A DNA stretch of 64,000 bases from the NCBI GenBank assembly GCA_964620965.1, contig CAZUHV010000003.1, positions 226,093-290,092 on the forward strand, read 5' to 3'. Shown here piece after piece: positions 19,184-28,323 of this stretch (within the stretch, counting starts at the first letter, position 1; each line of letters starts with the position of its first letter). The notes below the pieces were generated by a model, which saw nothing but the letters and a program-made list of their open reading frames with translations, was not told the DNA's origin and did no database searches. The DNA comes from an uncultured Pseudomonadales bacterium (GTDB lineage: Bacteria > Patescibacteriota > Microgenomatia > UBA1400 > PJMF01). Made by a program: the position numbers and the translations under genes.

Positions 19184-20278
19184 TTATAACACAGGATATT
19201 TCGTTAAGACTTCAATCCCATCTTTTGTAATAAGAATAGTATTCTCGTGCCGATAACCTAAGTTTCCCTCAAGGTAAATACCCGGTTCAATAGTAATCAC
19301 CATGTTATTTTCAATTTGAGTTCCATTTTGCCAGCTAATAGAAGGGGTTTCATGAATATCTATTCCAAGTCCATGTCCAGTCGTATGTATAAAGTTGTCC
19401 CCAAAACCTTGATTCGAAATATGAGTTCGAGCTGCATTATCAATGTTTTTTGCTAAGATTTTTTGTGAAGTGTGTTTTTCTGCAGTTTGCTGTGCTAGTT
19501 CGTATGCCTCAAGCACAATTTTTTCGATATTAAGGAATTCTGAGGAAGCGTTGGGTCCAAACCAAAATGTTCTGGTCATATCAGCACAGTATTGTTCGAA
19601 TTTTGCCCCCATGTCAATAAGTATTGGCATATTTTCTTCAAGCACAGTATCATCAGGTTGATGATGTGGTTTTGCACAGTTAGCTCCAAAGGCAACAATT
19701 GTGGGAAATGCAGTTTCAGTAATTTGATGCTTTTTAAATTCAAGAGCAATCAGTTCTTTTATGGCAAGCTCTGTCATGCCTTTTTGTATTTTTTCTTTTA
19801 CTGTGAGAAACACTGAATAAGAAATTTTGCATGCTTTCTTAATACATGCGATTTCTTCGGAATCTTTTATTGCAACCAGTGGAGCGACGAAATTTTCTGT
19901 ACTAGGGACAACTATGAGTTCTGGAATTGAATTAATTGCAGAAAGTTCAGAGACAAATAAAGTAGTATCATCAAAAATAATTTTTTTACTATTTGTTTCT
20001 GACGTAATTTTTTCTATATGTTGTTTTAGTTGTGTAGGAAAAGTACCTGGTTTATAGTCTAGAAAATTGAAGCTAGAAGTAGGGGAAAAGCTTGAATAAA
20101 TAAGCGTTGCAGTTTTTTTTCCACAAACGAAAAAAGCTTCGCGCTCATTTGGAACCAAAAAACGAAAGTCAGTAAAATAGGTTATATGGCTTGGTTTTGA
20201 AATGATATATAAAGTATTTGGCTCAAGTGCTTGTTGTAGTTTTTTAATTCTTTTTTCAAACGTTTTTTCTTGAAACAT
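19184..20278 (-). CDS. Xaa-Pro aminopeptidase (M24)
   Basis: PHH, IDMGA..Y.ADMTRT, HTTGHGLGIDIHE, TIEPGIY, RHE. Confidence 0.93.
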   Translation of the reverse strand: MFQEKTFEKRIKKLQQALEPNTLYIISKPSHITYFTDFRFLVPNEREAFFVCGKKTATLIYSSFSPTSSFNFLDYKPGTFPTQLKQHIEKITSETNSKKIIFDDTTLFVSELSAINSIPELIVVPSTENFVAPLVAIKDSEEIACIKKACKISYSVFLTVKEKIQKGMTELAIKELIALEFKKHQITETAFPTIVAFGANCAKPHHQPDDTVLEENMPILIDMGAKFEQYCADMTRTFWFGPNASSEFLNIEKIVLEAYELAQQTAEKHTSQKILAKNIDNAARTHISNQGFGDNFIHTTGHGLGIDIHETPSISWQNGTQIENNMVITIEPGIYLEGNLGYRHENTILITKDGIEVLTKYPVL

Positions 20279-20283
20279 TATAG

Positions 20284-20964
20284 TTAATTCTCTGTAATAA
20301 CAGGTGCAAGTGATCTTATTGTGAGGGCGTCAACCTTAGATTCATTCTCATGCCCAGAAATAAGAACAGTAATATCTTCTTCTAGATCATTAAGTGTAAT
20401 TTCAACTCCATTAAGATCTTCAAATGCAGTATTTTTTGAAACTGTAATAACTTTTTCATCTGTGCCAGAACGAGGAATAATAGTGATACTAGTTTTGGAA
20501 ATTTCTGTGATAGTTCCAACAGCAACGTACTGTGTTTTTGGAAGTAAACTTTCTGTGTATACGTAAAAGAAAACCGGACTAAAAGTATCATCAACAATTT
20601 TTCCAAGTACAGTGACCCAGTTTTCAACAGCTACTTCTGTTAATTCTATTTTTTTATTATCTTTAGTAATAGAAATTGCATTATCAATTGGAATAATTCT
20701 TGTGCCTTTTCTTGTGTTTAAGGTGATAGTTTCATCTGTGACACGAGCAACTTCTCCAAGTACTGCTTCTTTTTTTTCAGAAGATAAACCAAGTACATTT
20801 TTAACGCCATTAATAGTCAGTAATTGCTTAATGTCTAATTTTTTTTCTGCACTTGCAGATTCGGTTGCTTCACTTGTTTGAGCATAGCTTGTCGTAACGG
20901 TAATACACGATGCTCCGAAAAAGAGGAGTAAAAAAATAAGTAATTTCAAATTGCTGTTTTTCAT
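20284..20964 (-). CDS. Secreted protein with two OB-fold-like (DUF5666-like) repeats
   Basis: Signal peptide; repeated G.(V/I)..V...TIT..T..G...I pattern. Confidence 0.55.
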   Translation of the reverse strand: MKNSNLKLLIFLLLFFGASCITVTTSYAQTSEATESASAEKKLDIKQLLTINGVKNVLGLSSEKKEAVLGEVARVTDETITLNTRKGTRIIPIDNAISITKDNKKIELTEVAVENWVTVLGKIVDDTFSPVFFYVYTESLLPKTQYVAVGTITEISKTSITIIPRSGTDEKVITVSKNTAFEDLNGVEITLNDLEEDITVLISGHENESKVDALTIRSLAPVITEN

Positions 20965-20986
20965 TTAAACAATACCTTTAACTGTT

Positions 20987-21481
20987 TTACAGTTGTTCTT
21001 CTTTTGTTTCTGCGGATGCAGTTGCTTCTAAAGCTTCTTTTGTTGCTTGTTCAGCTGCTAGTTTTTCAAAGGCATCAGTTACAACGACAAGTCGTTCTTC
21101 TATAACTGAACCACCATCTTCATTTACGATATGGACTCTAATAATATTTTCGCCGTCTTCAAGCTCAACTTTTACAGAAAAGTTTCCTGATTCGTCTGAA
21201 TTTGAAAGATAATCCTCATCATTCACAAATGTAACAACAAATGTGTTTGGAATTGTTGTACCAGTAATAATGAGTTCTTTCTCTGTTTGAATAGAATTAT
21301 CTTCTGGATTATGAAGCGCCAAGACAGTTGGGGTTGCAACAACTTCGTCTTTTTGTGCTGTTTCAACAAAATCAGCAACAGGCTGTTCTGTGATAGAACT
21401 TTTAACTCTATATACGCCAAAAGTGATGATTAAGCCCATGCTTAACCCCACAAAAATAGCAATTAAAACTTCCTTTTTCAT
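20987..21481 (-). CDS. Membrane-anchored Ig-like domain protein
   Basis: N-terminal TM; ITGTT.P...GNFSV.V.L..GEN.I beta-sandwich pattern. Confidence 0.6.
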   Translation of the reverse strand: MKKEVLIAIFVGLSMGLIITFGVYRVKSSITEQPVADFVETAQKDEVVATPTVLALHNPEDNSIQTEKELIITGTTIPNTFVVTFVNDEDYLSNSDESGNFSVKVELEDGENIIRVHIVNEDGGSVIEERLVVVTDAFEKLAAEQATKEALEATASAETKEEQL

Positions 21482-21611
21482 ACTTGTTTGGCAGACCCTT
21501 GTGACTTCATTATACCTTAATTAGAGTGATTAATCTTAAGGCTCTTTATTGTAAATCAAACCTATGATAGCATAAGGCAGACAAAAGCAAAGCATAAGAA
21601 AGAGCTAGTAT

Positions 21612-22274
21612 ATGACTATTACCTATCATGGACACTCAACATTCAAAATTAAGGGAAAAGCTGGAACTGTAGTAACAGATCCTTTTGATGATTACATTGG
21701 CCTCACTTTGCCAAAAATGAGTGCTGATATTGTAACTGTCAGTCACGATCATAAAGATCACAATGCAATAAAAACAATTACTGGTACTGCAAGAAGAAAT
21801 AATCCATTTATCGTTACAGATGCTGGAGAGTATGAGGTCGGTGGTATTTCCGTATTTGGAGTTCAGACTTTTCATGATGCAAATGAAGGCGTTGAAAGAG
21901 GAAAAAACTTAGTTTTTACAACTTTAGTTGATGGAGTGAGAATTTGTCATCTTGGAGATCTTGGTCATGAATTAACCCCAAAACAGCTTGAAGAAATTGG
22001 TTCGGTTGATGTATTGCTTTGCCCAGTTGGAGGAGTGTACACAATAGACCCTGAATTAGCGGTTAAAACAATTCGTGCAATCGAGCCAGGAATTGCAATT
22101 CCAATGCATTACAGAACTACGAAGCATAACCCAGATGTATTTGGAGATCTCAAAGCACTTGAAGATTTCTTAAAAGTATATGGAGTTTCTCCAACTCCTG
22201 TGCCTTCATTCACTTTGGCAGGACAATCTTCTGTCCCAGAAGAGACAGAACTAGTAGTTTTGAGTGAAGTATAG
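21612..22274 (+). CDS. MBL-fold metallo-hydrolase
   Basis: HGHSTF, TDPF, SHDHKDHN, HLGDLG, IPMHY. Confidence 0.92.
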   Translation: MTITYHGHSTFKIKGKAGTVVTDPFDDYIGLTLPKMSADIVTVSHDHKDHNAIKTITGTARRNNPFIVTDAGEYEVGGISVFGVQTFHDANEGVERGKNLVFTTLVDGVRICHLGDLGHELTPKQLEEIGSVDVLLCPVGGVYTIDPELAVKTIRAIEPGIAIPMHYRTTKHNPDVFGDLKALEDFLKVYGVSPTPVPSFTLAGQSSVPEETELVVLSEV

Positions 22275-22315
22275 AAAAATAGCAGAGCTAGGGCGAAGAA
22301 GTAAAAAAGGACAGT

Positions 22316-23644
22316 ATGGCAAATCATCAGGATGTTTCTGGAAGGATTCCTCCACAAAATTTAGATGCTGAGAAATCTGTTTTGGGTGCAATTTTGCTTG
22401 ATAGTGACGCCATTATTAACGTTGCTGATATTTTAAGTTCAGAGAGTTTTTATTTACCAGCACACCAACACATCTATGCAGCTATGGAGGCGTTGTATGA
22501 AAAGCGCCAGCCAATTGACGTTGTGACACTCACAAACCAGATTAAGAAAATGAAAAATCTGAAGGCAATTGGTGGAGCAACAGCAGTTGCTGAGCTTTCG
22601 AATGTTGTTTCTACAGCTGCAAATGCAAAGCATTATGCGCAACTGGTTTCTGAAGCATTTGTAAAACGTCGTTTGATTTCTATGTCTGCAGAAATGAATG
22701 AGCTAGCATTTGATCCTTCAAAAGATGTAACCGATATTATGGATTTAGCAGAGCAAAGAGTGTTTACTTTGTCTCAAACTCAGAACAAAAAAGCATTTTT
22801 ACCAATTAAAGATACATTAGTTGAAAGTTTTGAGCGTCTTGATGAATTACAAAAAAATTCTGGAGAGCTGCGTGGTGTCCCAACGGGGTTTGCCGATCTA
22901 GATAGATGTTTGGCAGGTTTTCAAAAGTCTAACTTAATTATTTTGGCAGCTCGACCTGGTACTGGTAAGACCGCATTTTCCTTGAACATGGCGCAACACA
23001 TGACTGTGGTTTCTAAAAAGAAAGTCGGATTTTTCTCACTTGAAATGAGTAGAGAAGAGTTGGTAGACCGTTTGCTGGTTTCTCAAGCAGACATTGATGC
23101 CTGGAAACTCAAAACTGGTCGTCTAGATCAACAAGACTTTCTAAAGTTGTCAGATGCAATGGGCGTTTTAGCAGATGCAAACATTTTTATTGATGACACT
23201 CCAGCGCTCACTGTTTTTGAGATGAGGACTCGAGCCCGTAGGCTAAAAATGGAGCACGATATCGACATGTTGATTGTTGACTACTTGCAGCTTGCACATG
23301 GACGTACCAAAGACAACCGTGTAACAGAAGTCGCTGAAATTTCTCAGGGACTTAAAAATATTGCTCGTGAGCTTAAAATACCTGTTTTGGCCCTCGCACA
23401 GCTTTCTCGTGCTGTAGAAAGTAGAACAGAGAAGATGCCTCAACTTTCTGATCTTCGTGAATCTGGTTCTATTGAACAGGATGCTGACGTTGTTATGTTC
23501 TTGTATCGAAAAGACGATAATATTCGTGAAGCTGTGAACTTAAAGATTGCTAAGCATCGTAATGGTGGAATGGCAGATATTGATCTCTACTTTAGAGGAG
23601 ACCGTATCAAGTTTTATGGTATGGAAACCCAAAGGGAGATATAA
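22316..23644 (+). CDS. dnaB: Replicative DNA helicase
   Basis: PPQNLDAE, AARPGTGKT, FSLEM, VDYLQL, SDLRESGSIEQDAD, KHRNG; no intein. Confidence 0.98.
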   Translation: MANHQDVSGRIPPQNLDAEKSVLGAILLDSDAIINVADILSSESFYLPAHQHIYAAMEALYEKRQPIDVVTLTNQIKKMKNLKAIGGATAVAELSNVVSTAANAKHYAQLVSEAFVKRRLISMSAEMNELAFDPSKDVTDIMDLAEQRVFTLSQTQNKKAFLPIKDTLVESFERLDELQKNSGELRGVPTGFADLDRCLAGFQKSNLIILAARPGTGKTAFSLNMAQHMTVVSKKKVGFFSLEMSREELVDRLLVSQADIDAWKLKTGRLDQQDFLKLSDAMGVLADANIFIDDTPALTVFEMRTRARRLKMEHDIDMLIVDYLQLAHGRTKDNRVTEVAEISQGLKNIARELKIPVLALAQLSRAVESRTEKMPQLSDLRESGSIEQDADVVMFLYRKDDNIREAVNLKIAKHRNGGMADIDLYFRGDRIKFYGMETQREI

Positions 23645-23718
23645 AAATTGAAAAAAGTTGTATAATTCAAGCAGATTGTTCAATTTTAAACCCAACCTAA
23701 CTCTCTAAAGGTGATAAG

Positions 23719-23883
23719 ATGCTTGGAAAATTTTTAGAAAAATTTGTAAAAGCATTCCCATATTTCTTAGGGGGAGGAATGTTGGGACTGCTGTTCCTAG
23801 TATTCCTGGAGGTATTTTTTAATAGTCTTCCAGGATTTGGAACAACAACGGTGGTTATCTATCTACCGTTGGTTTTTAAATAA
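23719..23883 (+). CDS. Small membrane protein, 54 aa (not in ORF track)
   Basis: MLGKFLEKFVKAFPYFLGGGMLGLLFLVFLEVFFNSLPGFGTTTVVIYLPLVFK; SD AAAGGTGA; TATAAT at 23661; terminator downstream. Confidence 0.7.
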   Translation: MLGKFLEKFVKAFPYFLGGGMLGLLFLVFLEVFFNSLPGFGTTTVVIYLPLVFK

Positions 23884-23952
23884 TCTCTTGTGAGGTTGAG
23901 TATGGAGAAACGACTCTTCATAAATCGACCAAAGAAAGAGATCTGAACAATG

Positions 23953-23984
23953 AAAGCCATCAGCTCAAAACTGGTGGCTTTTTT
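23953..23984 (+). terminator. Intrinsic terminator
   Basis: AAAGCCATCAG/CTGGTGGCTTT stem plus T-run, between convergent genes. Confidence 0.8.
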
Positions 23985-24002
23985 AATTGTCACGGAAAAA
24001 AA

Positions 24003-24239
24003 TTATGCTCCTGGCTGATATCCAAAGAGTAAATAGACAAGCCCTCCAGAAAGAACTAAAAACATAGCCAAAAAGCCTAGATTAGACTTGAGGTCTTTTA
24101 GTGATTTTTCTGAGTTAGGATTATCGACGCTAATTATTACTACTGTTGCAACTACAAACCAAACTACAGCACGAGCTACAACAGACCAGATGCTATCTAC
24201 TCTAAATATCGATCCAAGGATGTTTTGTAAAATATCCAT
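24003..24239 (-). CDS. Small two-TM hypothetical protein
   Basis: Two hydrophobic segments; start uncertain (24239-24275). Confidence 0.6.
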   Translation of the reverse strand: MDILQNILGSIFRVDSIWSVVARAVVWFVVATVVIISVDNPNSEKSLKDLKSNLGFLAMFLVLSGGLVYLLFGYQPGA

Positions 24240-24335
24240 ACCCTTCATCATGCTATATATCTTCCAAAAAAGCAAGTTTTTTGCTATACTACCAATCTAC
24301 CTACTTGAGAAAATGGTATTTTTCTCTTTTTGCTT

Positions 24336-24420
24336 GCCGAGGTGGCGGAATTGGTAGACGCGTGGGTCTCAAAAACCCATGAGACAAAATCTCGTGCGGG
24401 TTCGATTCCCGCCCTCGGCA
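24336..24420 (+). tRNA. tRNA-Leu(CAA)
   Basis: GCCGAGG/CCTCGGC acceptor stem, GGCGGAATTGGTAGAC D-arm, TGGGT-CTCAAAA-ACCCA anticodon arm, long variable arm, GGTTCGATTCCC; CCA not encoded. Confidence 0.96.
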
Positions 24421-24514
24421 CACCACAAAAGCATAGGGTCTTTTTTTTATACACTTTTTGTAAGGATACTTTGTTATATTTACACAAATACAGAAGCACC
24501 TGTATAAAGGAAGT

Positions 24515-24721
24515 ATGCTTACAAATAGAGACATTTCAAAGTTAGAAGAAAAATTTGTTACAAAAGAGGAATTTTTGAGGGGTTTTGATGCTTTAATGCA
24601 TGAATTAAAATCTTTAAGGGAAGAAATAACTGTGATGTTTTATAGGCAATCAGAGAATTCTTCAAAAATCTAAAACAACAGTAAGAGAATTACAACTCTA
24701 GAAGATAAATTATCTTTTTAA
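24515..24721 (+). pseudogene. Small coiled-coil gene with internal in-frame TAA
   Basis: SD AAAGGA; 52 codons, TAA 24671-24673, then in-frame NNSKRITTLEDKLSF and stop. Confidence 0.5.
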
Positions 24722-24723
24722 AT

Positions 24724-25191
24724 TTATTTGAGTAACCAAATCACAAAAACCAGGATCACTTGAGGTAAAAGCCCAAGTGCAATATTTGGTGTAGAATGAT
24801 GAAACATACCATGAAACTTATTGAATGGTTTAATAAACCAAGGTTCCCATTTAAGAAAATTTCTTGGAGCTTCAACAAGATCTGGGGCAATGCCAGTTAA
24901 AGCCCCAATCCCAATATGCCAAGTGTAGGCACTATTAAAATCAATTGGTTGTCCAAAATCTTTAAAGAAAAACCAGTAAATTAGAATGCCGGTAATTCCT
25001 AGTTCAAAAAGTTCTAAAATAATGGCAGTACTTCGCTTTCGTTTTCCATTAGAAAGGCCTGTGCCAACATCCCAATGAGGGATCCAGTCGCATAAATAGT
25101 GCATTCCAAGAGTTAAAGGAATATACAAAATTGGGTGTGGCAACTTACTTGCAATAAAGGCACCTGTAAGTGAATGTGGTATCGATAACAT
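24724..25191 (-). CDS. Membrane-bound putative metal-dependent hydrolase (YdjM-like)
   Basis: PHSLTGA, HYLCDWIPHWD, APD, FH..FHH motifs with TM helices. Confidence 0.6.
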   Translation of the reverse strand: MLSIPHSLTGAFIASKLPHPILYIPLTLGMHYLCDWIPHWDVGTGLSNGKRKRSTAIILELFELGITGILIYWFFFKDFGQPIDFNSAYTWHIGIGALTGIAPDLVEAPRNFLKWEPWFIKPFNKFHGMFHHSTPNIALGLLPQVILVFVIWLLK

Positions 25192-25266
25192 GACAAATTT
25201 TAGTATACTAATTAAGGAGTGCATTGTACAATGTACAAGTTAATGGTCAAGAGATAAAGCAAAAAT

Positions 25267-26100
25267 ATGTTTCCAGTATTATTTTCAGTAGGTCCGATAG
25301 ATTTTAAGACACAAACGTTATTTGTGCTGTTTGCATTCTTTTTTGCAAGTTTTATTTTTTGGAAAAAAGGGAGAGAAGAGCATTATTCTGAAGCGGATGT
25401 TTTTGACAGTTTTTTGATTTCAACACTTCTTGGCGCGGTTGTTGCTAGAGTTATTTTTATTCTATTTAACTTTCATGTTTTTGGTTTTCATTTTTTGAGT
25501 TGGTTAGATTTTAATACATATCCTGGAATTAATTTAATTGCCGGTTTAGTAGCAGCAGCTATTTACATGTATAAAATTGCTTCCAGAAATAAGTGGGATC
25601 AGTATGAAGTTTTGGATTTTTGGGTTACCAGTATTTCACTTGGATTATCAATCTATTATGTTGGTACTTTTTTTGATGGAACAGGATATGGATTTGGAAC
25701 GAGCCTTCCATGGGGTGTGGTTTTTCCTCAGTTAGTTGAGCCTCATCATCCGGTTCAGATGTATTTCTCACTTTTTTACATCTTGCTCTATGTGTATCTC
25801 TTTAAAGTTGAGTATTCATATAGAACATTTCTTTGGTATAGACATGGAAAGAAAACAGCTCAAACAGGTTTTTTAACTTCTAGCTTTTTAATTGCAGTTG
25901 GTCTTTTTACTATTTTCATGGCGTTTTTAAAGCCAGCAACAATAGAGTTTGTTGGCATAAATCTTGATATGGTGATTGGATTTATAACAGCGTTCTTTGG
26001 AATGAGTATTTTATATTCTAGATCTGGGAGATCGATCCCAATTCTTTCTAGCAAAAAACCAAGACCAATGAGAACAAAACTTGAAAATCTAAATGAATAA
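25267..26100 (+). CDS. lgt: Prolipoprotein diacylglyceryl transferase
   Basis: MFPVLFSVG, GAVVARV, G.FFDG..YG..T.LPWGV.F, HPVQMY. Confidence 0.88.
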   Translation: MFPVLFSVGPIDFKTQTLFVLFAFFFASFIFWKKGREEHYSEADVFDSFLISTLLGAVVARVIFILFNFHVFGFHFLSWLDFNTYPGINLIAGLVAAAIYMYKIASRNKWDQYEVLDFWVTSISLGLSIYYVGTFFDGTGYGFGTSLPWGVVFPQLVEPHHPVQMYFSLFYILLYVYLFKVEYSYRTFLWYRHGKKTAQTGFLTSSFLIAVGLFTIFMAFLKPATIEFVGINLDMVIGFITAFFGMSILYSRSGRSIPILSSKKPRPMRTKLENLNE

Positions 26101-26506
26101 ACATAAAAGTTTTTTTCCAGTATTCTTAATCACCATATTTGTAGATCAAGCATCAAAGTTTTTGGCTACAATACTAGGTTTTCAAATTACATATAACACC
26201 GGCATATCTTTTAGCACATTTGCAGCAAGTGATCCGAAATTTCTTACGCTTGTATTAGGTGTAGCAATGTATTTGCTATTTAATTACTTTAAAAGTTTTT
26301 GGAAAGAGAATAGTTTAGCTGCTGGGCTATTTTTTGGTGGGGCAGTGGCAAATATATTTGACAGATTGCTGTTTGATGCTGTGAGAGATTGGATTACGAT
26401 TCCGTTTAGCAACATTCATAATAATTTGGCTGATTGGGCTATTTTTGCTGGTTTATTTTTACTTTTATTCCCGTTTGTTTCACAAAAAACAGCAAAAAAA
26501 CAATAA
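26093..26506 (+). CDS. lspA: Signal peptidase II
   Basis: DQASK, NTGISF, GGA.AN.FDR, VRDW, NLAD. Confidence 0.92.
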   Translation: MNKHKSFFPVFLITIFVDQASKFLATILGFQITYNTGISFSTFAASDPKFLTLVLGVAMYLLFNYFKSFWKENSLAAGLFFGGAVANIFDRLLFDAVRDWITIPFSNIHNNLADWAIFAGLFLLLFPFVSQKTAKKQ

Positions 26507-26523
26507 TAGGGTAAAATATACCT

Positions 26524-27369
26524 ATGCATTCAATCGAAGAAATTACAATTATATATCAAGACGAAGATATTGTTGCTGTTAATAAACCAGCGGGAGTTAT
26601 TGTAAATCGTGCACAAACGGTAAAAGGTGAGACACTACAAGATTGGTTAGAAACAAATATCCCAGAAATTAGAGATATTGTTACAAAAGGAATATATCCA
26701 GATGGATGGATGTCGCAAATTCCAGATGAATTTAGTGATGAATTTGGATCTCCACAAGAAATATTTTTGCAACGTTCTGGCATTGCTCACAGATTAGATA
26801 AAGAGACGAGTGGTATTCTATTAGTTGCAAAGCATCCAGGTTCTTTATTAGAGCTTTTGCGACAATTTAAGCAACGTGAGATACAAAAACAGTATCTCTG
26901 TTTAGTTCATGGAAAATTTGCTTTACCAACAGGAGAAGTTGTTGCTCCATTGGGAAGAAGAAGTGGAAATCGTAAACTTTTTGGAGTTGTCGCAGAAGGA
27001 AGACCTGCTATTACACACTATGCAGTTCAAAACTTTTTTCCAGAATTTAACATAGATCGTGTGATGCAAGAAACGGGTGAAAAAAGCAAGAGATTTTCCT
27101 TGTATCAAGGTTTTTCTCTAGTTAAGTGTTGGCCAAAAACTGGAAGAACTCATCAAATTAGGGTGCACATGGCACATATTTCGCATCCAATTGTGGGGGA
27201 CAAGCTCTATGTTGGTAAAAAGAGAAATAAACTAGATTTTCTTTGGTGCAAAAGACACTTTTTACATGCCCATTCAATCGAATTTACACATCCAAGAACT
27301 CATGAAAAATTGCAGCTAGAAGCACAGCTTAGCGCAGATTTACAAACAGTTCTTGAATATATTCGGTAG
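26524..27369 (+). CDS. RluA/RluD-family pseudouridine synthase
   Basis: NKPAG, HRLDKETSG, TGRTHQIRVH, GDKLY, FLHA. Confidence 0.95.
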   Translation: MHSIEEITIIYQDEDIVAVNKPAGVIVNRAQTVKGETLQDWLETNIPEIRDIVTKGIYPDGWMSQIPDEFSDEFGSPQEIFLQRSGIAHRLDKETSGILLVAKHPGSLLELLRQFKQREIQKQYLCLVHGKFALPTGEVVAPLGRRSGNRKLFGVVAEGRPAITHYAVQNFFPEFNIDRVMQETGEKSKRFSLYQGFSLVKCWPKTGRTHQIRVHMAHISHPIVGDKLYVGKKRNKLDFLWCKRHFLHAHSIEFTHPRTHEKLQLEAQLSADLQTVLEYIR

Positions 27370-27387
27370 TAGGATGTATAATCCATT

Positions 27388-28002
27388 ATGGAACTATCCA
27401 CAACAACCTTTTCCAATGATCCGATTGCTTATTTAGCCCCATCTTGGGATGACATGGATCGTTTGGCGTTTTTAATTTCAAAAAAAATAATAGAAGACGG
27501 ACTAGAATTTGACAGAATTGTTACTATGGCAAAAGGTGGCTGGCCTATGGCAAGGCCACTTGTTGATTACGTGCAAGCAAAAGAAGTTGCAAGCATTGGT
27601 TTAAAACTATACAAGGGCATTAACGAACGAGAATTAGAGCCAGAAGTATATCAAGATCTGAATGCAGATGTATCTGGTGAAACAATATTATTGTTCGATG
27701 ATGTTGCAGATACTGGTGAAACGTTAGCGTTTGTGAAACAGTATCTTCAAGAAAAAGGTGCCAAGAAAATCATTACTGCAACATTATTTTATAAACCACA
27801 TTCTAGTATCAAGCCAGATTACTATGGAATGGAAACGATTGCATGGATTATCTTTCCTTATGAGCTTCGAGAAACAATGGATGTTTTGGTAGACAAGTGG
27901 GAGAGTGAAGGACTTGGGGAAACTCAAGTTATTGATCGGTTTGTAGAGTTAGGGTTTAAGAAAAAAATGGTTGAGTATTTTTACTCAACTTTGTATAGGT
28001 AG
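27388..28002 (+). CDS. Purine phosphoribosyltransferase (type I PRTase)
   Basis: ILLFDDVADTGET PRPP loop, AKGG, WIIFPYE. Confidence 0.9.
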   Translation: MELSTTTFSNDPIAYLAPSWDDMDRLAFLISKKIIEDGLEFDRIVTMAKGGWPMARPLVDYVQAKEVASIGLKLYKGINERELEPEVYQDLNADVSGETILLFDDVADTGETLAFVKQYLQEKGAKKIITATLFYKPHSSIKPDYYGMETIAWIIFPYELRETMDVLVDKWESEGLGETQVIDRFVELGFKKKMVEYFYSTLYR

Positions 28003-28065
28003 GAGGTATGCGTTTGTAATGGTTCAGGGGAAACCACCTAAAGTTATATTTTTATATAGTAATAT

Positions 28066-28094
28066 TTGACAAATATAAAAATATAGGATATAAT
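28066..28094 (+). promoter_or_regulatory. Consensus sigma70 promoter
   Basis: TTGACA(28066-28071)-17 nt-TATAAT(28089-28094). Confidence 0.75.
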
Positions 28095-28323
28095 AAACCC
28101 TCATTGAAAACAACAATGTAAAAAAATATAACAATTAAATAAAATCGCGTTAAAGCACCTAGTACGGCTTTTTCGCTCCCAAGTAACAACAGTTTTACTT
28201 GATTGAGATCAAATAAAGATTTCAAAAAGTAAAACGGAAACCAAGTTGAGTAGAAAAGCTTCAATGGGTGTTTTTTTATTTCTATTTTTAGAATTTCAGA
28301 ACACTCATTGATTAGAAAAATAT

